Assembly (NCBI GenBank): GCA_051294375.1
Contig: CM119270.1
Span: 21,349,391-21,413,390 of the forward strand
Reading direction: 5' to 3'
Source: Paraspadella gotoi
Taxonomy: Eukaryota > Animalia > Chaetognatha
DNA: 64,000 bases
The notes under the pieces: model-generated
The model's input: the letters and a program-made list of their open reading frames with translations, nothing else
Databases searched by the model: none
Told to the model about the DNA's origin: nothing
In this document: positions 1 to 21,990 of the stretch, in pieces
Numbering within the stretch: position 1 is the first letter of the stretch
Layout of the letters: each line of letters begins with the position of its first letter
Position numbers and translations under genes: made by a program

Positions 1-289
1 TAAAAACATTATATTTTTCATTTTTTTGTGTTTCAAAAATAGGTTATTTCTATTTTCTTTTTCGGGGCGTCTAGGGAACCGTGGAAGATTAATAGTACTT
101 TATTAATTTATTAATGTATTTATTTACTTTTAATTAGAATATATTTAATAAACGATTAATTTATTTATTTACTTTTAATTAAATATATTTAATAAACGAT
201 TTAAAAAACGTCCCTTATCACTCAGGTAAAAGACTTTCTTTTTATCCTTTACCAATACTAACTTAGCTCTTCTGCTTCGTCTTTCTCAC

Positions 290-892
290 TTTCTTTCATT
301 TTTCATTTCCTTTTTCCTTTCCCTTCCTCCATTCATTTCCTTTTTACCTTCCTCTACTTTCCTCTCTCCCTTTCCTCTTCCTCTACTTTCCTCTCTCCCT
401 TTCCTTTTTTCTTCCTTTCCTCCCTTTCTTTCCTCTACTTTCCTCTCTTCCTTTCCTTTTTCATTTCCTCTACTTTCCTCTCTCCCTTTCTTTTTGCATT
501 TCCTTTCCTCTCTTCCTTTCCTTTCCTCTACTTTCCTCTTTCCCTTTCCATTTTACCTTCCTCTACTTTTCTCTCTCCCTTTCCATTTTACCTTCCTCTA
601 ATTTCCTCTCTTTCTTTCCTTTTTCATTTCCTCTACTTTCCTCTCTCCCTTTCCTTTTGCATTTCCTTTCCTCTCTTCCTTTCCTTTCCTCTACTTTCCT
701 CTTTCCCTTTCTATTTTACCTTCCTCTACTTTTCTCTCTCCCTTTCCATTTTACCTTCCTCTAATTTCCTCTCTCCCTTTCCTTTTTCATTTCCTCTAAT
801 TTCCGCTCTCACTTTTTTCCCTCGACTTCTTTTTCTCCCTTTCCTTTTTCTTTTTATTACTTCCCTTCCTTTCCCTTTATCCTTTCTTTCAC

Positions 893-963
<71 letters not shown>
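290..963. repeat. Pyrimidine-rich degenerate minisatellite ending in a (CT)n microsatellite
   Basis: Recurring TTCCTCTACTTTCCTCTCTCCCTTTCC-type units at about 290-895, then pure (CT)n at about 897-963. Confidence 0.85.
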
Positions 964-966
<3 letters not shown>

Positions 967-1801
967 CTCTCTCTCCAGTCCGACCTCCAGACTTTTTAGG
1001 TCATCGACCCGAACCCAAATTCTAAAAGAATCAAATTCTCCAAATTTTAATTCTCGTGACCCTCATACTAGTTTTTTTTTTATTAGTTTTTTTTTTTGCG
1101 AAACCAAAACATTTTGCGGTTTTTTAATTAAGTGGAGTCGGTCAGTCTGTCTATCCGATCCGTTCCTCCGTTTGTCAGTCCGTATCTTTGTCACGTTGCT
1201 CAGTCCTTTTTTGCGATATATTTACTAAATTCAAAATTTTAATGAATATTAAAGAAGAGTATTGTAGAAAATGTTTATTATTTTCTATCTTTTTTATCTT
1301 TCAAGTATAACATTCATATTCGGCCTAAGACGGGACTTTAAAAATGTGTATACTGTACATATTTTATACTTCGCAAGGTATAAAATATAGGAGGGAAGTA
1401 AAACTTTGTCTCTTTAATTCTTTTATCTTTTTCTATCTTCTTTCTAAACTTATTATAATTTTCTACTTTCTCTTTTCTTTTTTCTTTCCTTTTTTCAGAT
1501 TTTTTTTTTTGTTTTCTTTGTGATCATCGAGTCCAGTTCTCGTTCGTCGTCATCATCATCATCGTCGTCGTCGTCATCATCGTCGTCGTCGCCATCGCCT
1601 TTCGTCATCGTCGTCGTCGTTATCATCGTCGTCGCCATCCCCGTCCTTCCCATAATTTCAGAAAAAAAAACACTTGGGAAAAAACCTTTCGTCTTTTGGT
1701 TTCACTTTTCCAATTTTTTTTCCCTTTTTTGTCCCATTTTATTTTTATAAATAGAAATCTTTGCTTTTCAACTAAATTCACCTTTTGTACTTTTCAATGA
1801 G

Positions 1802-1834
<33 letters not shown>

Positions 1835-2163
1835 TTCTTCAACAGGTCGGCCCGACTTTGCTCTGCACCATAAACAAAAGAAGGCCACACGAAAATGAAG
1901 GAAAAGAATTGAAAAAAAAAATGAAAACAACAAAAAAGTTGAGAGAAAAAAAAGAAAGAAAAAAAATTATTTTTTTTATTATTTTCTTTTTCTTTTTTCT
2001 TTCGCTTCGGTGAAGATTGTGAGATGTGAGGAGTTAGTTGTGATTTTGAATGCGAAATGTGAATCCAAGTTGTGTGAGCAACTGTCAGAGATCAAATAGT
2101 AATTTTTTTTCTTTCCTTTTATTTTCGTGGTGACTGTAAAAAAAATTCAATATAATTAAATAA

Positions 2164-2235
2164 TGCCGTGACCAGGAATCGAACCTGGGTCGTCACGGCC
2201 ACAACGCGAAGTACTAACCACTATACTATCACGGC
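2164..2235 (-). tRNA. tRNA-His-GTG: tRNA-His (anticodon GTG)
   Basis: Reverse complement GCCGTGATAGTATAGTGGTTAGTACTTCGCGTTGTGGCCGTGACGACCCAGGTTCGATTCCTGGTCACGGCA folds as a cloverleaf: acceptor GCCGTGA/TCACGGC, anticodon stem TCGCG/CGTGA with loop TTGTGGC, T-arm CCAGG-TTCGATT-CCTGG. A and B boxes are intact and a T-run terminator lies downstream (A-run at about 2138-2145 on +). Very similar to metazoan tRNA-His. Confidence 0.96.
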
Positions 2236-2348
2236 TATAATTCACTTCGAAACGCTGATTTAAGATTAATTTAAATTCTCATTAAGTTACGACTCATTAA
2301 GTTACGACTCCCTCTCCCTCTCTCTCCCTCTCCTTCTCACTCTCCCTC

Positions 2349-2381
<33 letters not shown>

Positions 2382-2999
2382 TTCCTCCCAAAAACGATTT
2401 CCCCAATTTTTCCATTTTTTTTCTTTCAGTCGAGAGACTAATTAAGTTCCTTTTGTGTGAAAAATTAATTCACGTTTGTGTGAGAGGGTGTGATGGTTAT
2501 GTGAGTGTGTGAGAGGGTGAGGGAGGGATAGAGAGAGGGTGGAGTTGTGGGGGTGGCTGTAAGATAGGGTGGAGGAGGGGTGGCAATGCCACCCGGTGGC
2601 ATCCAGGTCGACGCGCTTCAGAAAATCTTCGCTAATCTGAGAAGCGAAACTTTTTTTTTACCCAGAGGCGAAATTTTGGTTTCGTCTTCCTCTTCGTCTT
2701 TGTCTTCGAGATCGTCGTCATCGTTATCATCGTCGTCGTCGTCGTCTTCGTTGTTGTCATCGTCGTCATCAGAGTCGTTTTTAACGTCGTCTTCTTTATC
2801 GTAGTCGTCGTCGTCATCGTTGCTTCGTCGTCATCGTTGTCGTCGTCATCGTCGTCGTCGTCATGGTCGTCGTCCATGAATGTAAGTGAATCACCTAAAA
2901 AGAGATCACGGTGACTCTTCACTCTTCAGCCTTTTCATCACTAGGAATCTCACGATGAATCACCGCCAGTCACCGAACTGAGAGAGAGAGAGAGAGAGA

Positions 3000-3079
<80 letters not shown>

Positions 3080-4636
3080 GTGTGGGAAAAAGGAAAATCA
3101 TCTCCGTCTTTTGTTTTTTTTTTTTTGTTTTTTTGTTTTTTTGTTTTTTTGTTTTTTTGGATGAACAAAATCCGCGGAGATTCGTCGACAGTTTTTACGA
3201 CGACGACGACGAAGAGAACAACGACAACAACAACGATGAGCCTTTTTTTATTTTGGTTTTCGTCTGACGCGTGGGGATGCGATATCTTTGTGGTTGTTGT
3301 TGTTGTTGTTGTAGTTGTCGTTGTAGATCGGGTTGTGGTTTTAGTCGCGATGTTGTTGTTGTTGTTATTGTTGTTTTGTCGTTATTGTTGTTTTGTTGTT
3401 ATTGTTGTTGATGATTTTAATGATAATGATAATGTTGTTGCCTCTTTTTGTTGTTTTTTATTTTCTTTTTTTTAGATTGATTTTATGAATGTAAAAGTAA
3501 ATCGCTTTTTAATATTTAGTAAGTGTCTATAATAAAATATTTTTTTTAATTAATTTATTTTTTCTCGGATTTCCTATAAACTAATCAATTTATCAATTTA
3601 TCAATTTTATATTGATAAAGACAGCCCAACTCTCTGTTGCTGATAAGGTTACAGACGTACGAGTTATTTAGAAATGTAATATTTTTTTATATTTTCAATA
3701 CAAGGTAAGAATCTTAATTTGCCAATAAGTATAACTTCTAAAATGACTACAATATACTTTTCCATTCCATAGTTGGAATGAGTGCAGTGTGCTCACGAGG
3801 TCTTTCTAATGTCAACAACGGTTAATCAGTGCAAGATTCCACGATTAACCATCGAACTCCGAACCGCTTGCACATCAGTAAATATTATTTATAATACTAT
3901 TTACTAAATAGGTTACTGTTGAGCTACGAGGAAGAGTGGAAAGGGAGTCTACCAAATATCTAGTGAACCTCTGCTTGGAATTGTAAAATGTACATCTAAA
4001 TTCTACATTCCTTGTCAAAGAAAAATAATTTAAAAAGTCATTGTTGTTGTCGAAGTTTTGAAGCAAAAAAAAAAATCTAGTCCATATTTTTTCTCTACTA
4101 AGATTTGGTGTGAAATATATCCTTTAATGTAAATAATTGTATTGACTAGTATATAGTAAATGAACGTAATAAACAGTATTAAACGTAATAAAAAAAGCAG
4201 CAGGAAAACGTTATTGGCTTTTGCGAAAGGAAAAAGTGAAATTCTGGTTATGAAATGAAGCCTTTTGTACTTTTGTGAAAATGATCCTTTCTGTTATTTC
4301 TTTCTTTTTTTTCTTTTTGCTTTTCCTTCTTTTCTTTCTTTCTTATCTTTTTTCTTTCTTTTTTCCTTCTTTGTTTCTTTTTTTCTTTTTTTTTTCGTCG
4401 ATAAAAATTTTCGAATTATTTCAGGTTTTTTTTCTTCTTTTTCTTCTGATGTCACTTCGACCTTCGAAGCCGATTGTCAGGCTGAGCGAGAGAGAGAGGA
4501 GAGGAGAGATGGAGACGAGAGACGATAGAGCGAGAGAGAATGAGAGAGAGAGAGAGAAAGCGGAGGAGAGAGGACGAGAGAGATGCTCAGAGAGATGGAG
4601 AGGAGAAAGACAGGCGGCGTGTGAGAGAGAGGACGA

Positions 4637-4667
<31 letters not shown>

Positions 4668-5069
4668 AGAGAGATCCTTTTTTTTAACGACCACCCTTCA
4701 ACGAGAGTTTTTTCATCATCATCATCGTCGTCGTCGTTCTCCTCCTCCTCCTCCTCCTCCTCCTCTTCTTCTTCTTCTTCTTCCTCAACTTTTTCTCGTT
4801 TATTTTTTTTTAAACAAAAAAAAAAACGATGATTTTTTCCAAAATGTTAAAAAAATACTTTTTTTTCAAAAATACTTTTTTTTAACATTGTTTTCTTCCT
4901 GTCTTTTAATTTTTAATTTTTTTTCCTTTTATTTTATTCGTAGTTGAATTTCCGATTTAGTTTTTTCAACTTGTTGATCAAATCGTCATCTGTTTTTTAG
5001 CAGAAGGGAAAAATGTAGAGAGCCGCTCAAGAAAAAAGGTTTGCACAAATATTTTAAATTTCTAGCTAA

Positions 5070-5181
<112 letters not shown>

Positions 5182-5268
5182 TTCAAATCCCCTTTTTTTG
5201 CTCTCATTCCTTCGACTTGTGAATCCGTTTTTTCTGCGTTCGAATTAAAAATTCCACAAAAAAACACG

Positions 5269-5309
<41 letters not shown>

Positions 5310-5773
5310 TGTTAACAAAAAAGACAAGAAGATTTGACTCCTGGTCCATTTTTTTTCATTTATTTTTTATTTATTTTTTCTCGACTTTTGGGGGAAATTT
5401 TCTTTAATTTTCACGTATCACATTTAACCTACGACGAATTCGACAAAAAAAATTACAAAATGAAATAAAAAAAAAAAAAACAAAACAAGAATCGATCGAT
5501 TATCATTGAAGCCTCGTTCACAATAAAAAAAGGAAAAAAATTCAAAGTTTTCTTATTTTTTTTTTCGCGTCGTAAAAACTAAAACCTTTCTTTGTCTGAT
5601 TTACTGTAGATTATGACGATGGATTAAAGGACAGTAGAGATCGTTTTTACCGGATGAAACAAAAATCATTAAAAAGAAAGAAACATCGGGAAAAAAACTT
5701 GAATAAACGATTTATAGTAATAAAAATAATAAAAATCGTTTAAACTTTTTTTGTTTTTTATCTGAACGAAATT

Positions 5774-14388
<8,615 letters not shown>

Positions 14389-14843
14389 CAAGAAGTTTGA
14401 GCGGTCTTGTCATCATCGCCGACAAGATATTTGAGAGGTCTTGTCGTCATCGCTGACTCGGTCATCATCGCCGTCACGTCCGGGACTCCTGACATCACTG
14501 ATGACAGGATCGGGACGCCTGTCATCAAAAACGTTAAAAAAAAAAACCGGACGTCATTTTGCTTCCTCTTCATCGCTGACAATGACACTGACATACAATG
14601 ACATAAGACGGAAACAAAAATAAACAATTGATATAAACAAACAAAACTAGAACAAAACGAACATATGTAAACTTTTTAGCTTTTTACAACGAGACGAAAA
14701 TATATTTTCTTTTTTTTTAATTATATAATTTTTTTTAAATTATGTATTAAAAATCCGACGAGACTCCGCCAGTACTAAAAAAAAAGAAATATGTTCATAT
14801 TTTTTAGTTTTAGTTTTAGCCCAAAAAAATCGAGACTCAATGC

Positions 14844-14968
<125 letters not shown>

Positions 14969-16174
14969 CCGCCCCCCCCAACCAGATTAGAGAGGAGTTT
15001 ACAGAAATGATAAATTACTATTACATTTATTTTCATAGACGCGTAACGAGAGAGAGCTCAATTATTATTACTACAGCAATTCGACTGCCAATCTCGCCAG
15101 ACTGCCAATGCGAGCGATTAAAATTAATTCGTATATGAAATGATTTTAAAGTTTCAATTTAAGTAATTTTATTGATTACGACGTATAGCTAAAAAAAAAA
15201 ATTCGAAAAAAAAAATATCTATTTTTTGTTCCCTATAAATATGCCAATCGATTGACTTTTTGTTTAATTTTTTTGATCTTTGTCAGATCAATTCTTTTAT
15301 TATTTTTTTTATTCGTTAGAGGGCAGAACCTGACTCCCAAGTTTATTTGTTTTTCTTCTCTCCATTCTTCCGCATTTTGCATTTGTTTTTCTTTCGTTTT
15401 GCATTTTTTTTCTAAATTTTTGCGCTAAATTCTGACGTCATCTGTGATAGGATACGGAATCTTCTTCTTTTTTTCAAATCGTGAAAAAAATTCGCGAATA
15501 ATCATGACAACTCATGCATGACATAATCAGTAATTGTGATACGTTTGATGAAACTTTGCGATTTTTGAAAGCGCGAGAGGGTAACGCCCTCTCGCTTCGT
15601 TTTATCTTTCAAGGCTCTTTTCATTTCTTGTGTTTTTTTTTTTTTGGTTCGTGTAAAATTAAAATAATTATTTTAACAAAAAAATTGTGAACAATGACAA
15701 TTTATTAACAATGACAATTTTCAACAATGACAATCGTGACAATCGTGTAACATCCTTTTTATTGCTTTGCAAAAAATGTGTCCATTCGCGTTAGACGATT
15801 CAAGCTGTCGTTTTTTTTCGTATTTAAATGATTAATTTATAGAATTAACAATAACTTATATTATCTAAAGAAAGTCAAACAAATCTTTTTTTAAAAAAAT
15901 AATTCGTCTACCGTGAATATATTCTCATGTTATTGTTGTTGTTACGTTTTAAACCACTTGTACCCGGCGAAGTTTTTTTTACATTTCACTACATTGTTCT
16001 TCTCCATAATTGTTTCCCCCGCCCCCCCCCCAATTTTTTTTTTCTTTTTATCATTTAACCACACAAAAAAGAATAACATCACATGAATACCAAATTTTGT
16101 GTTTATTGTTAGAAAATAAAAATTATTCTTGAATGTTTTCATCTGCAATTTATGCCTTTATATTTCACGGAACG

Positions 16175-16495
16175 CGACGAGGGGAGTGAGAAATGTAGTC
16201 GGGCATTGCATAAGTTCACCCCGACAATAAGCATGATGGCCTTCAATCGTGACCCGTCAGCTCAAGACCACTAGGTACCGGGTTCAATCCCGACCCGGTA
16301 CCTACCCTGAGGGAAGCGTGAGGACGGCCCTAAGTCGCCTTGGGGGCGTGGAAAACCCTCAAGCCTGGTTCCAAGCCCAAGACCCCTTCCATGTCTGCTT
16401 AGGGGGCATAGAAGTTGCGGATAGTCATCTGCAGCTCACTTCGCGCCTTATCCACAGAAATTAGGCGAATGGATTGGAAAAATGACTTTTTAACT
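16175..16495 (+). mobile_element. Structured GC-rich SINE-like element (or ncRNA)
   Basis: B-box-like GGTTCAATCCC inside a perfect 12-bp hairpin TAGGTACCGGGT/ACCCGGTACCTA, several further hairpins and a T-rich end, embedded in AT-rich DNA. Confidence 0.45.
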
Positions 16496-17690
16496 ATTTA
16501 GTTTTCTGTGGTTAACATGTTCCGAGTTAAATATAATTAATGCGACAAAACCTCGTGAAGCGTTTATGTCAGTTTGAGAATTTCGAATTTTTTAAACTAA
16601 GTCTTACATGATGACAATTTTACAAGCGCCGGTAAAAAAACGCTGTCATTTGCAAACCAGTGGTTATTTCATTGATTTTAAAAATTAGTTAGAAAATATT
16701 AAAGTAATTTATGTGTTTAATTTTATATTGATCAGTTAAGATATGCCTTGACAATGAGTGGAGAAAGTTGGCTTGCAAAATCGGGTTTCATTTTCTAACT
16801 CACTGTTTTTAATTTTTTTTTTTTCAACTTTTAGCACTTTTTTAATCAAAGTATTTATTAAAGTACTATCCTCAGAAAGCCATTAAAAAAATGAAGAGAA
16901 TGATATACTTACGAAAGCTCTAAAATAAAAATTAAGCTGCCCAGCCTTTGTTCAATTAAGAGAGTCAAAAGTGAATTATGTAAAATTATAAATTTTTTTA
17001 AAAAATATATGACCTGTTTAAATTATTATAACATAAAATATTATTGTTTGGAAGGCTATCATTTCTGTAACTATTGTTGCTGTCAGAAGATCGTCACATC
17101 TGTGGGGGATGCGTTGGACATTTTGTTTCTGTATCCAACATTTCCATCAATCTGGGAGATTGCAGTCGAAAAAAACTGCGTGGCCAAAAGTCAGGAGTCA
17201 TCATCCTTCATCTTGATTTTCGCTAAAATTTCCCTAAATTTTGTAAGGAAGCAACAAGAAGAATTTCGACATGTTAAGCAAAAAGCTTTAATTACAGGAG
17301 TTGCTGTTGGGTTTTACAGATGTTTTTTATATCGATCGAAAGAAAATGTAACCTAGTTTCCAAATATAGTCCCTTTTTTTCTTCCATCATAAACCGTTTT
17401 TGGGTCGTAAGCACTTGAAGTTATTCCCATTAGAGTGGGACCTCCATGTAGAATCTCCACAATTTAGAAAGGATGGAATAGATACGAGATCACGACTCCA
17501 CGAGGTCGCACCACAGTCACACTACAGTCGCGTCCGATCTGCAGGACTTCCTCCGCTCATCAGGCTGTCCGGACATCCTGGCGCCTCGATGTCCGGATGT
17601 CCGGAAGTCCCGACTTAGCGCTTCTATCGCGTGGGAAGGTGTTTGCTTCGAAGGTTCTCGTTCCTTTTATTTCCTGACCGCGAGATAAGG

Positions 17691-17880
17691 AGAGAGAAAG
17701 TGTGACAGAGAGAGAGAAAGCGTGACAGAGAGAGAGAAAGCGAGATAGAGAGAGAGAAAGAGTAACAAAGAGAGAGAAAGCGTAACAGAGAGAGAGAAAG
17801 CGAAATAGAGAGAGAGAAAGCGTGACAGAGAGAGAGAAAGCGTAACAAAGAGAGAGAAAGCGTAACAGAGAGAGAGAAAG
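17691..17880. repeat. 20-bp minisatellite (AGAGAGAAAGCGTGACAGAG), about 10 copies
   Basis: Directly visible tandem period of 20. Confidence 0.9.
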
Positions 17881-17902
17881 CAGTCTTGAATGTCTTTCAC
17901 CT

Positions 17903-18170
17903 CTACCAATTTAAAAATTTTCTATCAAGTTGCTCGCCTATGATATTTTGAAATTCCATTGTCTTTTCCACAATAAACAAATGGCACCATTTGGCATCAC
18001 CCTTTTTGCGATCCATTTTTAGTTTCTCTTTTCTCTTCAAATTTAATACCTTTTGTTTTATTTTAATTTCAGTTTCATCTCCGCAACCGGCGAAGCGCTG
18101 AATCTCAACGGAAATGATTTTGAACAAAAGGGAAATTGTTTGACAGAACTTCTGGCAGCAATAATGTTTT
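17903..18170 (-). pseudogene. Degenerate Myb/SANT-like (trihelix/MADF-type) fragment, possibly a Harbinger-type transposon remnant
   Basis: LFKIISVEIQRFAGCGDETEIKIKQKVLNLKRKEKLKMDRKKGDAKWCHLF has the LF..I..T..I..K..NLK..K..G..W.H spacing of this domain class. It is flanked by stops and has no start codon. Confidence 0.3.
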
Positions 18171-19318
18171 GGTCAGAGTCTACTAATTAGTAAAGCGCCC
18201 GCTGCTTTTTGACTTTGTCGCCTTCTTGAGTTTTTAAATTTTTGAAAATTTTTTTTGTAAAGGAAAGTTTAATTCATCAACCTATGATTACGTAGGCAAT
18301 TAATTATAGACGATTAAATGAAATATTGTTATTAATATTGGTTTTTCGTTTACTATGCTTTTATTTGAATTATATTTTTTTTAAATTATCGATGCTTTAC
18401 TATCTTTTTCATTAATTAGAGGAGCTGACTGTTTAAAAAAACCTTTATATATTTATCTCTGTGTTGACCTACGAATATGTGTCATTTGTTTCAAGAAATC
18501 TAGAAAGACCGATCCGGAGCGACGCCATAAAGAAATGCGAGGATGTTTAAAACTTGTTTAGATAAAAAGCCATCGATTCCTCGCTTGAAGTTCAATTCGT
18601 AAAAAAACAGTTCAAGTTGAACTGTTTTTTTACGAATTGTTGTTGAATTGTTACGAATTGTTTGAACTAGCGATTAAAATTGTTTCTTTGTAAACCATAA
18701 GCTGATAACTACTTACTGTGAAAAAAGTCTTTATCTGTTTGTTATTCAAATTCTATTATTAAAAAAACTATGTGAAAATGTGCGATAGAAAATGTTATTG
18801 GAAAGTGAGATAATACAGTTGCTGTTATAATTGATGTCGAATAAATATGTAAAATATTAAAATAAAGATTAAATATCTCGTTTGTATATTTTTATCTTCG
18901 ACGTCAAAATTCTAGCGCCGTTGTACAAGATACTGATGCACTGTTAAAACAAAGTTTAAGTTTTAAGTTTTTTTTTTATGAAATAGTTATAATTAGAAGT
19001 TAAAGTAGGAGATCCTAACTGGTAACCATGAAAAACGAAATCTCTGGCTGCTGCTGCCGCCGCCGCGACGCTGCGTCTGAGGCTGCTGCAGCCGCCAGGC
19101 GTCTCTCTGCCTTTTTCCTCCTGCTCCCGTTGAAAGGAGGGAGGGAGGGAGGCAGAGAGAGAGAGAGAGAGAGAAAAAGAGAGAGAGGGAGAGGGAGGAG
19201 GAAGAAATATAAAGAAATACAAGAAAGAAGAGAAAGAAAGAATTGAAAGAATGAAAGAAAAAGGGAAGTGAAAGAAAAATAAAAAAAATAAAAACGAATA
19301 AAAAGAGAAAGGAAAATA

Positions 19319-19356
<38 letters not shown>

Positions 19357-19408
19357 AGAGATGAAAAAGAAAGCGGGAGGGAGGGAGAGAGTGAGAAAGA
19401 GAGAGAAA

Positions 19409-19485
<77 letters not shown>

Positions 19486-19769
19486 GAGAGAGGAAGAGAG
19501 AAAGAAGAGGACGAGGAAGAAAGATAGATGGAGAGAAGGGAGAGAGAGAAAGAGAGAGAGAACAAAAAATGAGAGAGAGAGTCTAAAAAAGTGATGCTGC
19601 TTGCGAGGACGATAGCCGCTGCTGTCGTTCCGCCTGCTGCCGCTCCTCCTGCTCCTGCAGCTGGGTCGACGCGACCCAGTGGGGACCGGCTCTCCGGGCT
19701 TCTCTTCTTTCTTTCTCTAGCCGGCGCTCGGATTTTTTGCTGGAGTGGTTGCAACATCAGCCTCCCCGT

Positions 19770-19806
<37 letters not shown>

Positions 19807-19871
19807 AGCCGTGGAACGAGACTAAACGAAAAAACTCACTCTCTCTCTCTTTCGTTTTTTCCACCTTGGCT

Positions 19872-19942
<71 letters not shown>

Positions 19943-20809
19943 TCTCTCTTCCCCTCTCGCTCTCTACTCGGGGTGGCGTTCCAACAAAAAAAATTTTCGT
20001 CCTTTTTTTTTTTCTCAAATTTTGTTCTCGATACTTCAACTGGACGAAGATTTGGACCGAAGATGGCGTTGTTCTCTCTCTCTCGTTCCTCCTCTTGTCT
20101 CTCTCTCTTCTCTTCTCTCTCCTCTCTCTCTCGGTTCTACCGTGTCCCTCTCTCTCTCTCCTCTCTCCTTCTTTCTCTGCTCTTCTCTCTCTCCCTTTCT
20201 TTCCATCTTTCATTGCTACGGTGATCTTAGTCTCCTGGACGTGACGCAACTTTTATAAGTCATCATCGCCAATTTTTTTTACTTTTCATTATTTTCGGCT
20301 CAAAATGTTAATCTTTTATATATTTTTATTGTTTTAAATTGTTTTTCTTTTTTTTTTAATATAAAATCCAAAAACCAATTCGTTTACAGCTACTCCGATG
20401 AAATAGTATATAAGAATAAATAAATAAATAAATAAATAGCAATTAGGCAACGCGTATTTTTCAACTGCCTTTGAAAGGATCACAATCAACGTCAAACTTT
20501 GCCTGCATCGTCATCATCATTATCATCATCATCATCATCATCTTCATCATCATCAACATCTTCATCATCATCGAGGATGTAATCCGTCTCATCTCCGTTT
20601 AGCATCATCCCGACATCATCTTCATCATCTTCAACATCATCTTCAACATCATCTTCAACGTCATTCTCCATCTTGTCTATCACCATCGTCTTTTTCTTCG
20701 TCGTCGTCGTCGTCGTNNNNNNNNNNNNNNNNNNNNNNNNNCTTTCGTGTATTTTAGTTTTTAAAAACGAAATTTTAAAATTCGATTTTAATCCGACGTT
20801 TTTTAACCT

Positions 20810-21990
20810 TTACGTCTAAGTTGTAGTTCATTCAAGATTAGCGACTGTCGCCGGCGATCACGGCACGAGTTGAGGTGTGGTTCTAGTGTGGTTTGGCGAC
20901 TTCGCCATGGCGATTATCGCCAGGGCTTTGGCGCATGTCTGCCAGTCCCCCCACTGGCGTGACCTCGCCAGTGGATAAGAAGTAGCCCGAATATACATGG
21001 AAAAAAACGCAGCTACACGGGATGAGCATCACCTTCAGGCTCCTCTCCCAACCCTAACCCTAACCAAACCTCCCGTTCAACTCTGTGCCTCTCCCCTAAC
21101 CAACCCGCGGCCTGGGCCTCCCGTACATCTCCATGCCTCAACCCTAACCCTAACCGCCTTTTGATGTGCCATCCAACCACGGGCCCCTCCCCCAACCCTA
21201 ACCCTAAACCAAGCCTTCCGTTCAACTCTGTGCTCTCCCCTAACCCTAACCCAGGCTCAGCCTCCCGTACATCTCCATGCCTCAACCCTACCCTAACCGC
21301 CTTCGATGCATCAAACCATGGCGTCCCTTCCCGCCAACCCTAACCCTAAAACAAGCCTCCCGTTCAACTCCATGCCTCTCCCCTAACCCTAACACCAGCG
21401 CCCGGCGTCCCGTACATCTCCGTACCTCAAACCCATAACCCTAATTGCCTTCGATATATGAGACCCACGGGCCTCTCTCCCAACCCTAACCGTAACCGGG
21501 CCCAGGCCTCCACGTAACTCTCACGTACCTTCAACCCTAACCCTAAATTGCCTTCGATTATAGTAAACCACGGGCCTACCTCCAACCCTAACCCATGAAA
21601 ACCCGGGCCCAGGGCCTCCCGTGACATCTCGTGCCTCAACCCTAACCTAACGCGGCGGCCTCCTCTAGGTCATCAACAACACCCTCCCTACCCTATCCCT
21701 AAAATGACATTAATAATAAGCCTAAAATAAAACATTAACTTAACTCACACCCTAACCCAACCCTAAATTACTCAACCCTAACCCTAAAACTACTCAAACC
21801 CTAACCCTAAACTACTTACCTACTCAACCCTAACCCTAAACCAAACTCAACCCTAACCCTAACCCTGAATCTGAGTTTATTTTTTTAGGCGACAATCGCG
21901 CATAACTAGAACGCTTAGATGTAGTTTCAGTTGCCGAAATCGCCAAAATCGCGACTTAGCCATGACGCCCTCGCCATTTGGCGATTTAGC
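20810..21990 (+). repeat. Telomere-motif (CCCTAA)-containing satellite bracketed by TGGCGA/TCGCCA-rich ends
   Basis: Unit of about 144 bp (CCGTACATCTCC at 21121, 21265, 21410) built from three subunits of about 48 bp, each with CCCTAACCCTAA. Shorter ACTCAACCCTAACCCTAAA units at 21750-21865. Confidence 0.85.

Noticed and set aside
3620-4020. Exon-like blocks with short GT-AG introns on +
   Set aside because: All frames contain stops and no recognisable motif; at most a decayed remnant.
16300-16480. Hammerhead or HDV-like ribozyme (TGAGGA..GAAA; GGCGAATGG)
   Set aside because: The hammerhead C3 is G and stems I/III could not be built; no HDV P1/P2/P3 nested pseudoknot could be assembled by hand.
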